Assembly (NCBI GenBank): GCA_964617405.1
Contig: CAZTXX010000004.1
Location: 1-34,913, forward strand
Direction: 5' to 3'
DNA length: 34,913 bases
Source of the DNA: an uncultured Aquimonas sp.
GTDB lineage: Bacteria; Pseudomonadota; Gammaproteobacteria; Xanthomonadales; Xanthomonadaceae
Shown: positions 25,424 to 34,738 of the stretch, in pieces
Numbering within the stretch: position 1 is the first letter of the stretch
Layout: every line of letters begins with the position of its first letter
Position numbers and translations under genes: made by a program
Notes under the pieces: model-generated
What the model saw: only the letters and a program-made list of their open reading frames with translations
Told to the model about the DNA's origin: nothing
The model's database searches: none

Positions 25424-28400
25424 TCAGGGCGACACCACCGTCACGCGGGTCTGGGGCGCGCTGCCGATCGCGGAAATCTGCGGGCGGTACATGTCTTCCA
25501 CGCCGGGTGGCGGCACCACATAGGTGCCTGGCGAAACCGCGCGCACCAGGTAGAACAGCTTGGCGGTGGAACCACCCCAGAGCTTGATCGCGGCCACATA
25601 ACGGTCGTCGCGGTATTCCTCGTGGCGAAGGTCCACGCCCCACTGGCGCTCGGAAAGCTCCACCTCGTCGATCACCAGATCGCCGAAGGCTTCATTGCCG
25701 CCCAGGGTCAGGTTCTCGATTTCCACGCCGCCGGGCAACAGGTCCACCACCAGAAGGTCGGGGCTGTATTCCTCGGCCTCCACCGTCAGCATCGCGATCA
25801 GGCTCTCGCCTTCGGTCAGTTGCGTGCCGGTGAACAGGCTGCCATCGGTGCGATACCAGGCGCGACGGATGCGCAGGCCCGATTCGGTGGGCGCTGGAGC
25901 GCTGTTCGAGTAGCCGACGACATCCTGCGACAGCCAGTGCGGGCCATCGCCTTCGAGTTCCAGGCCGACGCCGCGACGCAGGTCTTCCAGCGTCACCTCG
26001 CGCGATACCAGCGGGCGCCCGCTCAGCGCGTGCGTCTTGCCCGCGATGTCGAAGCGACCCTGCAAGCCGTCAGCGTCCTCCTTGAGCAGGGCACGACCGA
26101 GGCGGAAGATCGCCAGGCGTTCCTGCGTGCTGAAACCGTAGCTCGAACGCTGTGGCTGGCGCAGCTCGCGCGACAGGGTCATCACCCGTGCGCCGATTTC
26201 GTCGTCGGCGAGCCCGTTCTCGTACAGCAACGCCAGCAACAGCGCCTCGTCGCGCAGGTACGAGCCGTAGTCGCCGAGGTAGCCGGGGCGCTCGGACTTC
26301 ATCGCCAGCGCGGCGGCTATCGCCGCCTTGGAGCGCGGTTCATCGCCGGCACGCTTGAGCGCGATGCCAAGTTGCACCAGGGGCAACGCCGTCATCGAGC
26401 GGTCGCGCTGATTGTCCCAGAGCGAGCGCAGCGTGCCCAGCGGCGCACGGTTCACCCGCGCCAGCACGTAGCCGGCGTAGGTGCTGGCGGCAAAGCGCAG
26501 ATGGCGCGAATGGTCGTAGCTGTAGTAGCCGTCGCCGCCGGTGAGGATGTCCTCGTTGAGCCGCTTGAGCGCCTTCTCCAGCACCGTTTCCGGCACCGCG
26601 ATGCCGTTTTCCTTCGCGGTGACCAGGATGTCGGCCACGTAGGCGGTCATCTGCGGCATCGGCGAGCTTTCGCCGGGCCAGAAACTGAACTGGCCGTTCT
26701 CGCGCTGCATCGATGTGATGCGCCCGAAGCCGACCTCGATCATCGTGGCCCGCTTGGTTTCGTCCAGTGGCTCCAGGCCGAACTTGCGGGACGTGGCGGC
26801 GTCCAGATCCACCAGCGGCCACAGTCGGCTGGAGGTCTGCTCGATGCAGCCGTAGGGATAGCCGATCAGCCCGTCGATGGCGCGGGTGAAGGGCAGCGGC
26901 GGCACCGCCGCCACACTGATCTGGGCCACGGCGGATTCGGGCAGCAGGCCGTCGAACAGGTTGGGCCCGAAGCGCAGCGACTGCGCACCGGAAACCTGCC
27001 GTGCCTGGCTGCGGCGCTCCGCCGGCCAGGCCGGGCGCACGGTGACTTCGAAGTTGCGCGTCAGGCTGGTGTCACCCGATTGGGCGGTGACGCTGAACTT
27101 GCCGACGCCGTGGCCACCGCTGGCGGTGAGCGGGAAGCTCAGTGTGGTGCGCGCGTTGTCGGCCAGCGTCACCTCGCGGGTCTGGCCACCGATGGAAACC
27201 GGCGAGCTGGCCTTCGTGCCCACCTGCCAGGTGGTGTCCTTGCCGCTCAGGTTGTGCAGATCCACGGTGAGCTGGGCGCGGTCGCCGGGGGCCAATACGC
27301 GCGGTGTGCTGACTTCCATCACCAGCGGTGCGCGCACGATGGTTTCGTCACCCGAGCGGGCGTAGCGGTCGGTGGAATAGGCCAGGGCCGCCACGCGCAG
27401 GGTGCCGTTGAAGTCCGGTGCGGTGAATTCGACACTGGCCTTGCCCTGCGCATCGAAGCGCACCGGCGCGGCGTGCAGGGCCACGGTCTGCACCTTGGCG
27501 GTGGGACGCCGGGCCTGTGGCAATGCCGCCAGCGCCGCATCGCCACCGTAGCGCAAGCGTGCGGAAACACCGTCCAGCGGGGCGATCACGCGCCCGTACA
27601 AATCGTAGGCGTCGACACTGAAACCGCGCTGGGCGAGGAAGTAGGACAGCGCATCGGGCAGCGGATAACCGGTGAGGTTGATGATGCCGAGATCGACCGC
27701 TTCCACCACCGCGTGCGCTTGCTGGCCGGCGAAATCCGGCGCGGAAAGCTCGACCCGCAGCGTTTCGCCCGGGCGCACCAGATCGGGCGAGGAGACCGCG
27801 AGCATGGCGTCACGGGCCTCGCGTGCCATCGGCAGATGGGCCACGCCGATGGCACGGTTCGGACCGCTGAGGTTGGCTTGGTCGGCAGGACGAAACACCA
27901 GGGCGGTCACGTAGACGTCGTGGCGCATGAACCTGGCATCCACCGGAATCTTCACCTGGGTGGAGCCGCGCAGTTGCACGTTGCTGCGGTAGAGCAGGGA
28001 ATCCGATTCCACCAGCAGCACGCCGGGGCCGTCGTAGGGCGCCGTCAGGGTGACCACGGCCGTGTCGCCGGCACGATAGCCACTCTGGTCGAAGGCCACC
28101 TTGACCTTGTCCGGGCGCGCATCGAGGCCCTGGTTGTCGTTGTTCCAGCTCCAGCCGGCGGTGAACGGATAGCGCATCGTCAGCCCGTTGGCCGGGTCGG
28201 TGACTTCGAGGCGGTATTCGCCCCATTCAACGCGTGCGGAGAACTGTGCGGGCGCGCTGCCGTCGAAATCCACCGAAGCCTCGGCCTCGGTCTGGAAACG
28301 GCGGGTGAAATCGGTGTTCCAGCCGCTGCCGTCCACCCAGTGCCAGTGGTAGTCGCGCAACTCGCGCACCAGCTTCACCGCGAGGCCCTGCGCCGGTTTC

Positions 28401-30307
28401 AAGGTTCCATCCGGGTCGGATTTGACGATCTCGAAGGCCACCGTGCTGTTCGCGTTGGGGCCATCGTCCGGATCGAACAGTGGGCGCACGCCGACCAGCG
28501 CATCCGCCGGCCAGACCGCACGCACCAGCGAGCGACGCACCGCGCGGCCACCGGATTCGAACACGCTGCCGCTGACGATGACCTCGAACGGTGCCTTGGG
28601 CACCTCGCTGTCGGGCAATACCGGTACCGTCTCGTGCAGTTCGCCGGCATCGTCCAGATGGGTGTCGATGGCCTGCTCGGGTTCCTTTGGCAGCGAAATC
28701 GTCGGGTCGCCGAAGAAATAGCCCTTGAGCGTCGGCACCGCCTGCTTCAGCGGGCGGTACAGCACTTCGGCAAGGAAACGGTTGCCGGCGGCAGGCGCGC
28801 CGTAGAGATAGTCGGCATCCACGTCGATCGGCAAGGCGGCGCCGGGTGCAAGGCGCGGCTGGCTGGAATCGAGCACGAGCTTGAGGCGCTCGGGCAGGAA
28901 CTCCTCCACCCGGAACTCGAAGCGCCCGACCGGATCGGCGGCGCTTGGATCAAGACGGAATTCGAGCGCCCAGCGACCGGTGGGGACATCGTCGGTCAGG
29001 GTGCGCTGGTAGCTGTAATAGCCCAGCTCGCCCGGTTCCAGCGGCAGGGTTGAGGTGCTCTTGCCATCGGGCTGGCGCAAGGTGGCGTAGAGCGTCTGGG
29101 CATCGGTGAGCGAGCGCCCGTCGAAGTCGCGCAACAGGGCGGAAACCTGCAACACCTCACCGGGGCGGAACAGATCGCGTCCGGACCAGGCATAGACATC
29201 CTGCGCGCTCTGGCGTCGGCCGGCCACCGCAAAATCGGACAGATCCAGTGCCGGCTGGTCGAACGACACCAGGGCCACTTCCGTACCCTGGCGGGCGATC
29301 AGCACCGCGTTGCCCTTGGGCAGGGCATCAAGCAAAGCGTGCCCGTCCGAATCCGTGCTGCCGCGTGCCAGTACCGAGCCTTTGCGGTTCTGCAGTTGCA
29401 GTTCAACCGCATTGCGCGCCTGGCCGCTGGCGAGCGAGGCTGCATGCACGAACAATCCGTCCTTCTCCACGCGCGCGTGCAGGCCGAGGTCGGTCACGTA
29501 GAAATACGTGCTTTCGTAGCTGTAGTCGAACGAGCCGGAGCGCCGCATCACCGCGAAATACACCCCGGGATCGCGCAGTTCGGCGATGTTCTGCACTGCC
29601 AGAAAATTCACCTGGCGCGTGTTTGTGCCGCCTTCCAGCGCAAAGCGATTGGCGTACACCGAGTCGGCCAGTGATTCGATGCTCTGCAACTCCCAGTTGC
29701 TGCGCGACTGGGTGCTGCCGAAGTCATCGAGGAAGCCGCTGAGCGACTTTTCCCTGACCCGGAAGAACTCGACATCCACTTCGCGCACATTGAGCGCGAT
29801 CACCGGCAGGCCGCGTGTGCCCCGCGCCGGCAACACGCTGCCACGGCTGGCGAATCCCACCGTGGGCGGCAGATTGCCCGAATGGATTTCCAGGTCGGGC
29901 AGGGTGCCGAGGGTACGGCCATCGGGCGTGGCCAGGCCGGGCTTGAAGGACACGGTATAGGTCTTGTCGCCCTGCACGTAGGGGAAACGCAGGATGCGGG
30001 CGTCTTCATCGTCCAGCGCCCAGCTCCCTGAAACGTCGGCACCGTTGGCGTCACGCACCAGCAGCAGTTCGTCGAAGGGCAGGTCGGCCACCAGCGGTTG
30101 CGAAAACTCCAGTCGCAGCGCCGGGCGGCCATTGTGGCTTTCACCGCTGCCCTGGGTCAGCGCGAACGTGTCGTTCGCCACCGTCTCGGCCACCTGCGGC
30201 GTGGGCGGTGGAGCAGGTTCCTGCCGGTTGCAGCCCTGCAACAGCAACAAACCGAGCGAAAAGGCCAGCAGGCTGGCGGCGTGACGCAAGCGGCGGGGGA
30301 GAAACAT
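25424..30307 (-). CDS. yfhM: Bacterial alpha-2-macroglobulin lipoprotein (thioester-containing)
   Basis: 1627 aa; lipobox LLQGC, RDLFRPGE, VEEFLPER, AVDLGI, RYGGD bait-flanking motif, thioester YPYGCIEQ, STQE, RAVSPG, EDMYRP. Confidence 0.96.
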   Translation of the reverse strand: MFLPRRLRHAASLLAFSLGLLLLQGCNRQEPAPPPTPQVAETVANDTFALTQGSGESHNGRPALRLEFSQPLVADLPFDELLLVRDANGADVSGSWALDDEDARILRFPYVQGDKTYTVSFKPGLATPDGRTLGTLPDLEIHSGNLPPTVGFASRGSVLPARGTRGLPVIALNVREVDVEFFRVREKSLSGFLDDFGSTQSRSNWELQSIESLADSVYANRFALEGGTNTRQVNFLAVQNIAELRDPGVYFAVMRRSGSFDYSYESTYFYVTDLGLHARVEKDGLFVHAASLASGQARNAVELQLQNRKGSVLARGSTDSDGHALLDALPKGNAVLIARQGTEVALVSFDQPALDLSDFAVAGRRQSAQDVYAWSGRDLFRPGEVLQVSALLRDFDGRSLTDAQTLYATLRQPDGKSTSTLPLEPGELGYYSYQRTLTDDVPTGRWALEFRLDPSAADPVGRFEFRVEEFLPERLKLVLDSSQPRLAPGAALPIDVDADYLYGAPAAGNRFLAEVLYRPLKQAVPTLKGYFFGDPTISLPKEPEQAIDTHLDDAGELHETVPVLPDSEVPKAPFEVIVSGSVFESGGRAVRRSLVRAVWPADALVGVRPLFDPDDGPNANSTVAFEIVKSDPDGTLKPAQGLAVKLVRELRDYHWHWVDGSGWNTDFTRRFQTEAEASVDFDGSAPAQFSARVEWGEYRLEVTDPANGLTMRYPFTAGWSWNNDNQGLDARPDKVKVAFDQSGYRAGDTAVVTLTAPYDGPGVLLVESDSLLYRSNVQLRGSTQVKIPVDARFMRHDVYVTALVFRPADQANLSGPNRAIGVAHLPMAREARDAMLAVSSPDLVRPGETLRVELSAPDFAGQQAHAVVEAVDLGIINLTGYPLPDALSYFLAQRGFSVDAYDLYGRVIAPLDGVSARLRYGGDAALAALPQARRPTAKVQTVALHAAPVRFDAQGKASVEFTAPDFNGTLRVAALAYSTDRYARSGDETIVRAPLVMEVSTPRVLAPGDRAQLTVDLHNLSGKDTTWQVGTKASSPVSIGGQTREVTLADNARTTLSFPLTASGGHGVGKFSVTAQSGDTSLTRNFEVTVRPAWPAERRSQARQVSGAQSLRFGPNLFDGLLPESAVAQISVAAVPPLPFTRAIDGLIGYPYGCIEQTSSRLWPLVDLDAATSRKFGLEPLDETKRATMIEVGFGRITSMQRENGQFSFWPGESSPMPQMTAYVADILVTAKENGIAVPETVLEKALKRLNEDILTGGDGYYSYDHSRHLRFAASTYAGYVLARVNRAPLGTLRSLWDNQRDRSMTALPLVQLGIALKRAGDEPRSKAAIAAALAMKSERPGYLGDYGSYLRDEALLLALLYENGLADDEIGARVMTLSRELRQPQRSSYGFSTQERLAIFRLGRALLKEDADGLQGRFDIAGKTHALSGRPLVSREVTLEDLRRGVGLELEGDGPHWLSQDVVGYSNSAPAPTESGLRIRRAWYRTDGSLFTGTQLTEGESLIAMLTVEAEEYSPDLLVVDLLPGGVEIENLTLGGNEAFGDLVIDEVELSERQWGVDLRHEEYRDDRYVAAIKLWGGSTAKLFYLVRAVSPGTYVVPPPGVEDMYRPQISAIGSAPQTRVTVVSP

Positions 30308-30310
30308 GGA

Positions 30311-30344
30311 TGCACCCGTTCGACAAAAGGACGGGTGCAGTATA
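30311..30344 (-). promoter_or_regulatory. -10 box and overlapping inverted repeat at the alpha-2-macroglobulin start
   Basis: TATACT (30344-30339, minus strand); TGCACCCGT-N11-ACGGGTGCA at 30311-30339. Confidence 0.55.
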
Positions 30345-30463
30345 GGCGACGCCTGTCACACTCTCGTGGCGATTTGCGGGCAGCGCCGGGGCGTGACGCG
30401 GTCCGTTCATGCTGCCGAAAGCGCGCGTGCCGCGCCGGGTCACATGGAGAGGGAAACTTCCAC

Positions 30464-30820
30464 TCAGCCGGCGGCGGCTGCGGCGAATTCCTCGTAGGCC
30501 TCGATCACGTGCGAGGCGTACATCAGCGAGGGCCCGCCGCCCATGTAGACCGCGATCCCGAGCATTTCGCGCAGTTCCTCCGGCGTGCCGCCCAAGCGCA
30601 CCAGGGCCTTGGCGTGGAAGCCGATGCAGTCGTCGCAGCGCGTGGCCACCGCGATGGCGAGTGCGATCAGTTCCTTGTTCTTCTCGCTGATGACGCCATC
30701 GGCCATCGCGGCCTTGGCGAGGGCGCCGAAGCCTTGCATCACCTCGGCGTTGTTCTGACGCAGCGGCGTCAGATGGCGGCTGGTGCGGGCGGTGAGTTCC
30801 TGGAAACGGGTGCTGGACAT
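30464..30820 (-). CDS. Carboxymuconolactone decarboxylase / AhpD-like protein
   Basis: KNKELIALAIAVATRCDDCIGFH (CxxC + His), ELREML..AVYMGGGP; ACAGGA SD. Confidence 0.9.
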   Translation of the reverse strand: MSSTRFQELTARTSRHLTPLRQNNAEVMQGFGALAKAAMADGVISEKNKELIALAIAVATRCDDCIGFHAKALVRLGGTPEELREMLGIAVYMGGGPSLMYASHVIEAYEEFAAAAAG

Positions 30821-30853
30821 GGGGATGTTCCTGTTGGGGAATGGGTGCGGGGT

Positions 30854-31471
30854 TTACCGTGGCTTGCGTGCCACCAGATCGATCAGCGCCGACAGGCCGC
30901 GATGGCCCTGGCCTTCCTCGATCAGTGAATCGTGCGCCTCAAGATGCAGGAGCTCGAGATCCGCGAAGGATTCGCGCAGCAGATCGGCGGTGTAGAGGTT
31001 CTCCGCCACCGGCGGGCCGCCCGTGCCGTAGGAAAGCTGCTCGGTGCGATAGCCTTGGAGAATCAGCAAACCGCCAGGCTTCAGGCTTTCCACCATTGCC
31101 TTGAAGATGCGTTCGCGCAGCGCGGCGCCGGCGAACTGGATGAAGATGGCGGCGATGGCATCGAAGCGTTCCTTGCCGAAATCCCAGGTCGCAAGGTCCG
31201 CCTGCTCGGTGGTGATCGTCACACCGCGCGCGGCCGCCAGCGCCCGGGCCTTGGCCAAGCCCGACTCGGCGGCATCCACCGACAGCACATCCATGCCTTG
31301 CTCGGCCAGCCAGACGCCATTGCGGCCCTCGCCATCGGCCAGTGCCAGCACCTTCATGCCGGCGCTCAGGCGATGAGCCTGGCTGACCAGAAAAGTGTTG
31401 GGCGAGGTGCCATAGAAATAGTCGTTGCCGGACAGGCGTTCGTTCCAACGGGCGATTTCTGGTGATGACAT
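30854..31471 (-). CDS. Class I SAM-dependent methyltransferase (TehB-like)
   Basis: WNER...YFYG..PN.FL, motif I VLALADGEGRNGVWLA, LKPGG, GTGGP; GGAG SD before ATG 31471. Confidence 0.88.
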   Translation of the reverse strand: MSSPEIARWNERLSGNDYFYGTSPNTFLVSQAHRLSAGMKVLALADGEGRNGVWLAEQGMDVLSVDAAESGLAKARALAAARGVTITTEQADLATWDFGKERFDAIAAIFIQFAGAALRERIFKAMVESLKPGGLLILQGYRTEQLSYGTGGPPVAENLYTADLLRESFADLELLHLEAHDSLIEEGQGHRGLSALIDLVARKPR

Positions 31472-31612
31472 GCAGGCTCCCGGATTGCGCGAATCGATGT
31501 TGGCCTTCAACCGCCGGATGGCGGGCGGCCGCCATGCATGTGGGGACGAGCGGTGACTATTTCCAGCCTTGTCGGATCGGCGTCGGGGCTCCGGCAGCCC
31601 CGGCGCGCGAAT

Positions 31613-34600
31613 CTATGCGTCGAGCCTTCCGCGATGCAGCAGCAGGAATGCCGCCGGGATCACCAGCATCGAGAACAGGGGCGCGGTGACCATGCCGCCG
31701 ATCATCGGGGCGGCGATGCGCTGCATGACTTCCGAACCGGCTCCCTGGCCGATGAAGAGCGGGAACAGGCCGGCGAGGATCACCGCGACGGTCATGGCCT
31801 TGGGGCGCACGCGTTGCACGGCGCCCTCGTGGATGGCGGCTTCGAGCAAGGCGAGGTCGGGCGATCCGGTCTCGGCCAGCCGCCTGCGCCAGGCTTGGCG
31901 CAGGTAGATCAGCATGATCACGCCGAACTCGGCGGCGAGTCCGCCCAAGGCGATGAAGCCGATCAGGGTGGCGACCGACACCGCGTGGCCCAGCAGCCAG
32001 ATCAGCCACAGGCCGCCGACCAGGGACAACGGCAGGCTCAGGAGGATGATCAGGACTTCGCCGGGGTCGCGGAACACCATCCAGATCAGGATGAAGATGA
32101 TCGCCAGTGCGATGGGTATCACCCAGCGCAGACGCTCGCCGGCCCGCTCCAGGTACTCGAACTGCCCCGACCAGCCGATGCTGTAGCCGGCCGGCAGTTT
32201 CACCTGGGCGGCCACGGCGCGTTGCAGGTCGGCCACCACCGAGCCCAGGTCGCGCCCGGCCACGTCGATGTAGACGTAGCCGGCAAGCCGGGCGTTCTCG
32301 CTGCGCAGCATGGGTGGCCCGGCGTGGATGGCGATGTCGGCAACCTGTCCGAGGGTGAGTTGCGTGCCACCGGGTGCGACCAGGGGCAGTTGTGCCAGCG
32401 CGGCCACCGAATCGCGCTGGGCGCGCGGGTAGCGCAGCACGATGGGGTGGCGCTCGCGTCCTTCGATGGTTTCACCGATGGGTTCGCCGCCCACCGCGAC
32501 CGAGATGAGGCGTTGCACGTCGGCCTGGCTCAGGCCGTAGCGCGCGGCGCTTGCAGGGCGAAGTTTCACGTCCACATAGCGCCCGCCGCTGACGCGTTCC
32601 GCCAGTGCCGAAGCCACACCGGGCACCGCGCGCGCCACCTGTTCGATTTCGCGGCCGATGTCCTCGATCACGGCGAGGTCCGGGCCGCTGACCTTGGCGC
32701 CGATGGGGCTTTTGATGCCGGTGGCGAGCATGTCGATGCGGTTGCGGATCGGCGGGATCCAGAAGTTGGCCAGCCCGGGCACCTGCACCGCCGCATCGAG
32801 CTCCTCGCGCAGCTTTTCCGGCGTCATGCCAGGGCGCCATTGATCGCGTGGCTTGAAGCTGATGGTGGTTTCGAACATCTCGATGGGCGCGGGATCGGTG
32901 GCGGTTTCCGCGCGCCCGGCCTTGCCGAACACATGTTCGACCTCGGGCACGGTCTTGATCATGCGATCAGTCAGTTGCAGGAGCTGGCGCGCCTTGTCGG
33001 CGGAAAGCCCGGGCAGGGCGGTGGGCATGTAGATCAGGCTGCCCTCGTCCAGTGCGGGCATGAACTCGCTGCCGACGCGCGAGAGCGGGATCAAGGTGAT
33101 GACCAGCAGCGCCGCGCCCAGTGCCAACGTGGCCCAGGGATGGCGCAGGGTGAGCCGCAACAGCGGGCGATACAGCGCGATCAGCACGCGATTGACCGGA
33201 TTGTCGCGTTCGGGGCGGATGCGTCCGCGCACGAGGTAACCCATCAGCACCGGGATCAGCGTGACCGACAGGCCGGCGGCAGCGGCCATGGCATAGGTCT
33301 TGGTGTAGGCCAGCGGCGAGAACAGCCGGCCTTCCTGCGCCTGCAGTGCGAATACCGGCACGAAGGACAGGGTGATGACCAGCAGGCTGGCGAACAATGC
33401 CGGCCCGACCTCCGCCGCCGCCTGGCCGATCAGCCGCCAGTGCGCTTCGCCGCGCGGTGGTTCGCCGTGCTCCTCGTGCCAGTGTTCGAGGTGCTTGTGG
33501 GCGTTCTCGATCATCACCACGGCGCCGTCCACCATCGCGCCGATGGCGATGGCGATTCCGCCCAGCGAGAGCAGGTTGGCGCTGATGCCCTGCCACTGCA
33601 TCACGATGAAGGCGGCGAGTATCCCCAGCGGCAGGGTCACCACGGCCACCAGCGCCGAGCGCAGGTGCCACAGGAACAGTGCGCACACCAGGGCCACCAC
33701 GAGGAACTCCTCGGCCAGTTTGCCGGTGAGGTTGTGCACCGCATCCAGGATCAGTTCCGAGCGGTCGTAGACCGGCACGATTTCCACCCCGTCGGGCAGG
33801 CTGGCGGACAGTTCGGCCAGGCGCGCCTTGACCCGCTCAATGGCGCGCAAGGCGTCCGAGCCGGTGCGCAGCACGATGATGCCGCCGGCCACTTCGCCTT
33901 CGCCGTCGAGTTCGGCCAGGCCACGCCGGAAGATCGGCCCGCGCGTAACCTGCGCCACTTCGCCCAGCAGCACCGGCACGACGCCATCCATGGATACCGG
34001 AACCCGCTCGAAGTCTTCGCGGCTGCGCAGCCAGCCTTCGCTGCGCACCATCATGTCGGCTTCGCCCTGCTCGATCACCGAGCCGCCAGTGGCGCCGTTG
34101 GCTGAAGTGATCGCGGCCGAGAGCTGGTCGAAGCTGATGCCGCGCGCCGCCAGCGCGACCGGATCGGGCACGATCTGCCAGGCGCGCACTGCGCCGCCCA
34201 CGCTGGCCACTTCGGCCACGTCCGGGATGGTCTTGAGCTCGTAACCGAGGAACCAGTCCTGCAACGCGCGAAGTTCGCCGATATCGTGCGTGCCGCTGCG
34301 GTCGACCAGGGCGTACTGATAGATCCAGCCCAGGCCCGTGGCGTCGGGCCCAAGCGCGGGATTGACCCCGGCGGGCAGCCGGTCGCGCACCTGGCTGAGG
34401 TATTCGAGCACACGTGAACGCGCCCAGTAGAGGTCGGTGGCGTCGTCGAACAGGATGTAGACGAAGGAATCGCCAAACATCGAGAAGGCACGCACCGAGC
34501 TGACGCCTGGCACCGAGAGCAGGGTGGTGGCCAGCGGGTAGGTGATCTGGTCCTCCACCACCTGCGGCGGCTGCCCGGCCCACTGGGTGCGCACGATGAC

Positions 34601-34738
34601 CTGGGTGTCGGAAAGATCGGGCAGGGCATCGAGCGGGGTGTTCCGCACCGACCAGATGCCGATCACCGCCAGCAGCGCCGCCGCCATCAGCACCAGCGCG
34701 CGCTGGGCGATGCAGGCGTGGATCAGGCGCGCGATCAC
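31613..34738 (-). CDS. cusA: CusA/SilA-type heavy-metal RND efflux pump (Cu(I)/Ag(I))
   Basis: LDALPDLSDTQVIV, YWARSRVLEY, GPDATGLGW, AMVDGAVVMIEN, Met-triad equivalents IYMP / PIEMFET / RIDMLATG, AAEFG, RVRPKAMT; GTG start overlapping the upstream stop. Confidence 0.95.
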   Translation of the reverse strand: MIARLIHACIAQRALVLMAAALLAVIGIWSVRNTPLDALPDLSDTQVIVRTQWAGQPPQVVEDQITYPLATTLLSVPGVSSVRAFSMFGDSFVYILFDDATDLYWARSRVLEYLSQVRDRLPAGVNPALGPDATGLGWIYQYALVDRSGTHDIGELRALQDWFLGYELKTIPDVAEVASVGGAVRAWQIVPDPVALAARGISFDQLSAAITSANGATGGSVIEQGEADMMVRSEGWLRSREDFERVPVSMDGVVPVLLGEVAQVTRGPIFRRGLAELDGEGEVAGGIIVLRTGSDALRAIERVKARLAELSASLPDGVEIVPVYDRSELILDAVHNLTGKLAEEFLVVALVCALFLWHLRSALVAVVTLPLGILAAFIVMQWQGISANLLSLGGIAIAIGAMVDGAVVMIENAHKHLEHWHEEHGEPPRGEAHWRLIGQAAAEVGPALFASLLVITLSFVPVFALQAQEGRLFSPLAYTKTYAMAAAAGLSVTLIPVLMGYLVRGRIRPERDNPVNRVLIALYRPLLRLTLRHPWATLALGAALLVITLIPLSRVGSEFMPALDEGSLIYMPTALPGLSADKARQLLQLTDRMIKTVPEVEHVFGKAGRAETATDPAPIEMFETTISFKPRDQWRPGMTPEKLREELDAAVQVPGLANFWIPPIRNRIDMLATGIKSPIGAKVSGPDLAVIEDIGREIEQVARAVPGVASALAERVSGGRYVDVKLRPASAARYGLSQADVQRLISVAVGGEPIGETIEGRERHPIVLRYPRAQRDSVAALAQLPLVAPGGTQLTLGQVADIAIHAGPPMLRSENARLAGYVYIDVAGRDLGSVVADLQRAVAAQVKLPAGYSIGWSGQFEYLERAGERLRWVIPIALAIIFILIWMVFRDPGEVLIILLSLPLSLVGGLWLIWLLGHAVSVATLIGFIALGGLAAEFGVIMLIYLRQAWRRRLAETGSPDLALLEAAIHEGAVQRVRPKAMTVAVILAGLFPLFIGQGAGSEVMQRIAAPMIGGMVTAPLFSMLVIPAAFLLLHRGRLDA

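Noticed and set aside
25232-29053. 1273-aa plus-strand ORF
   Set aside because: Antisense shadow of the alpha-2-macroglobulin gene; long stop-free antisense frames are expected at this GC and codon bias; no recognisable motifs.
31538-34105. 855-aa plus-strand ORF
   Set aside because: Antisense shadow of cusA.
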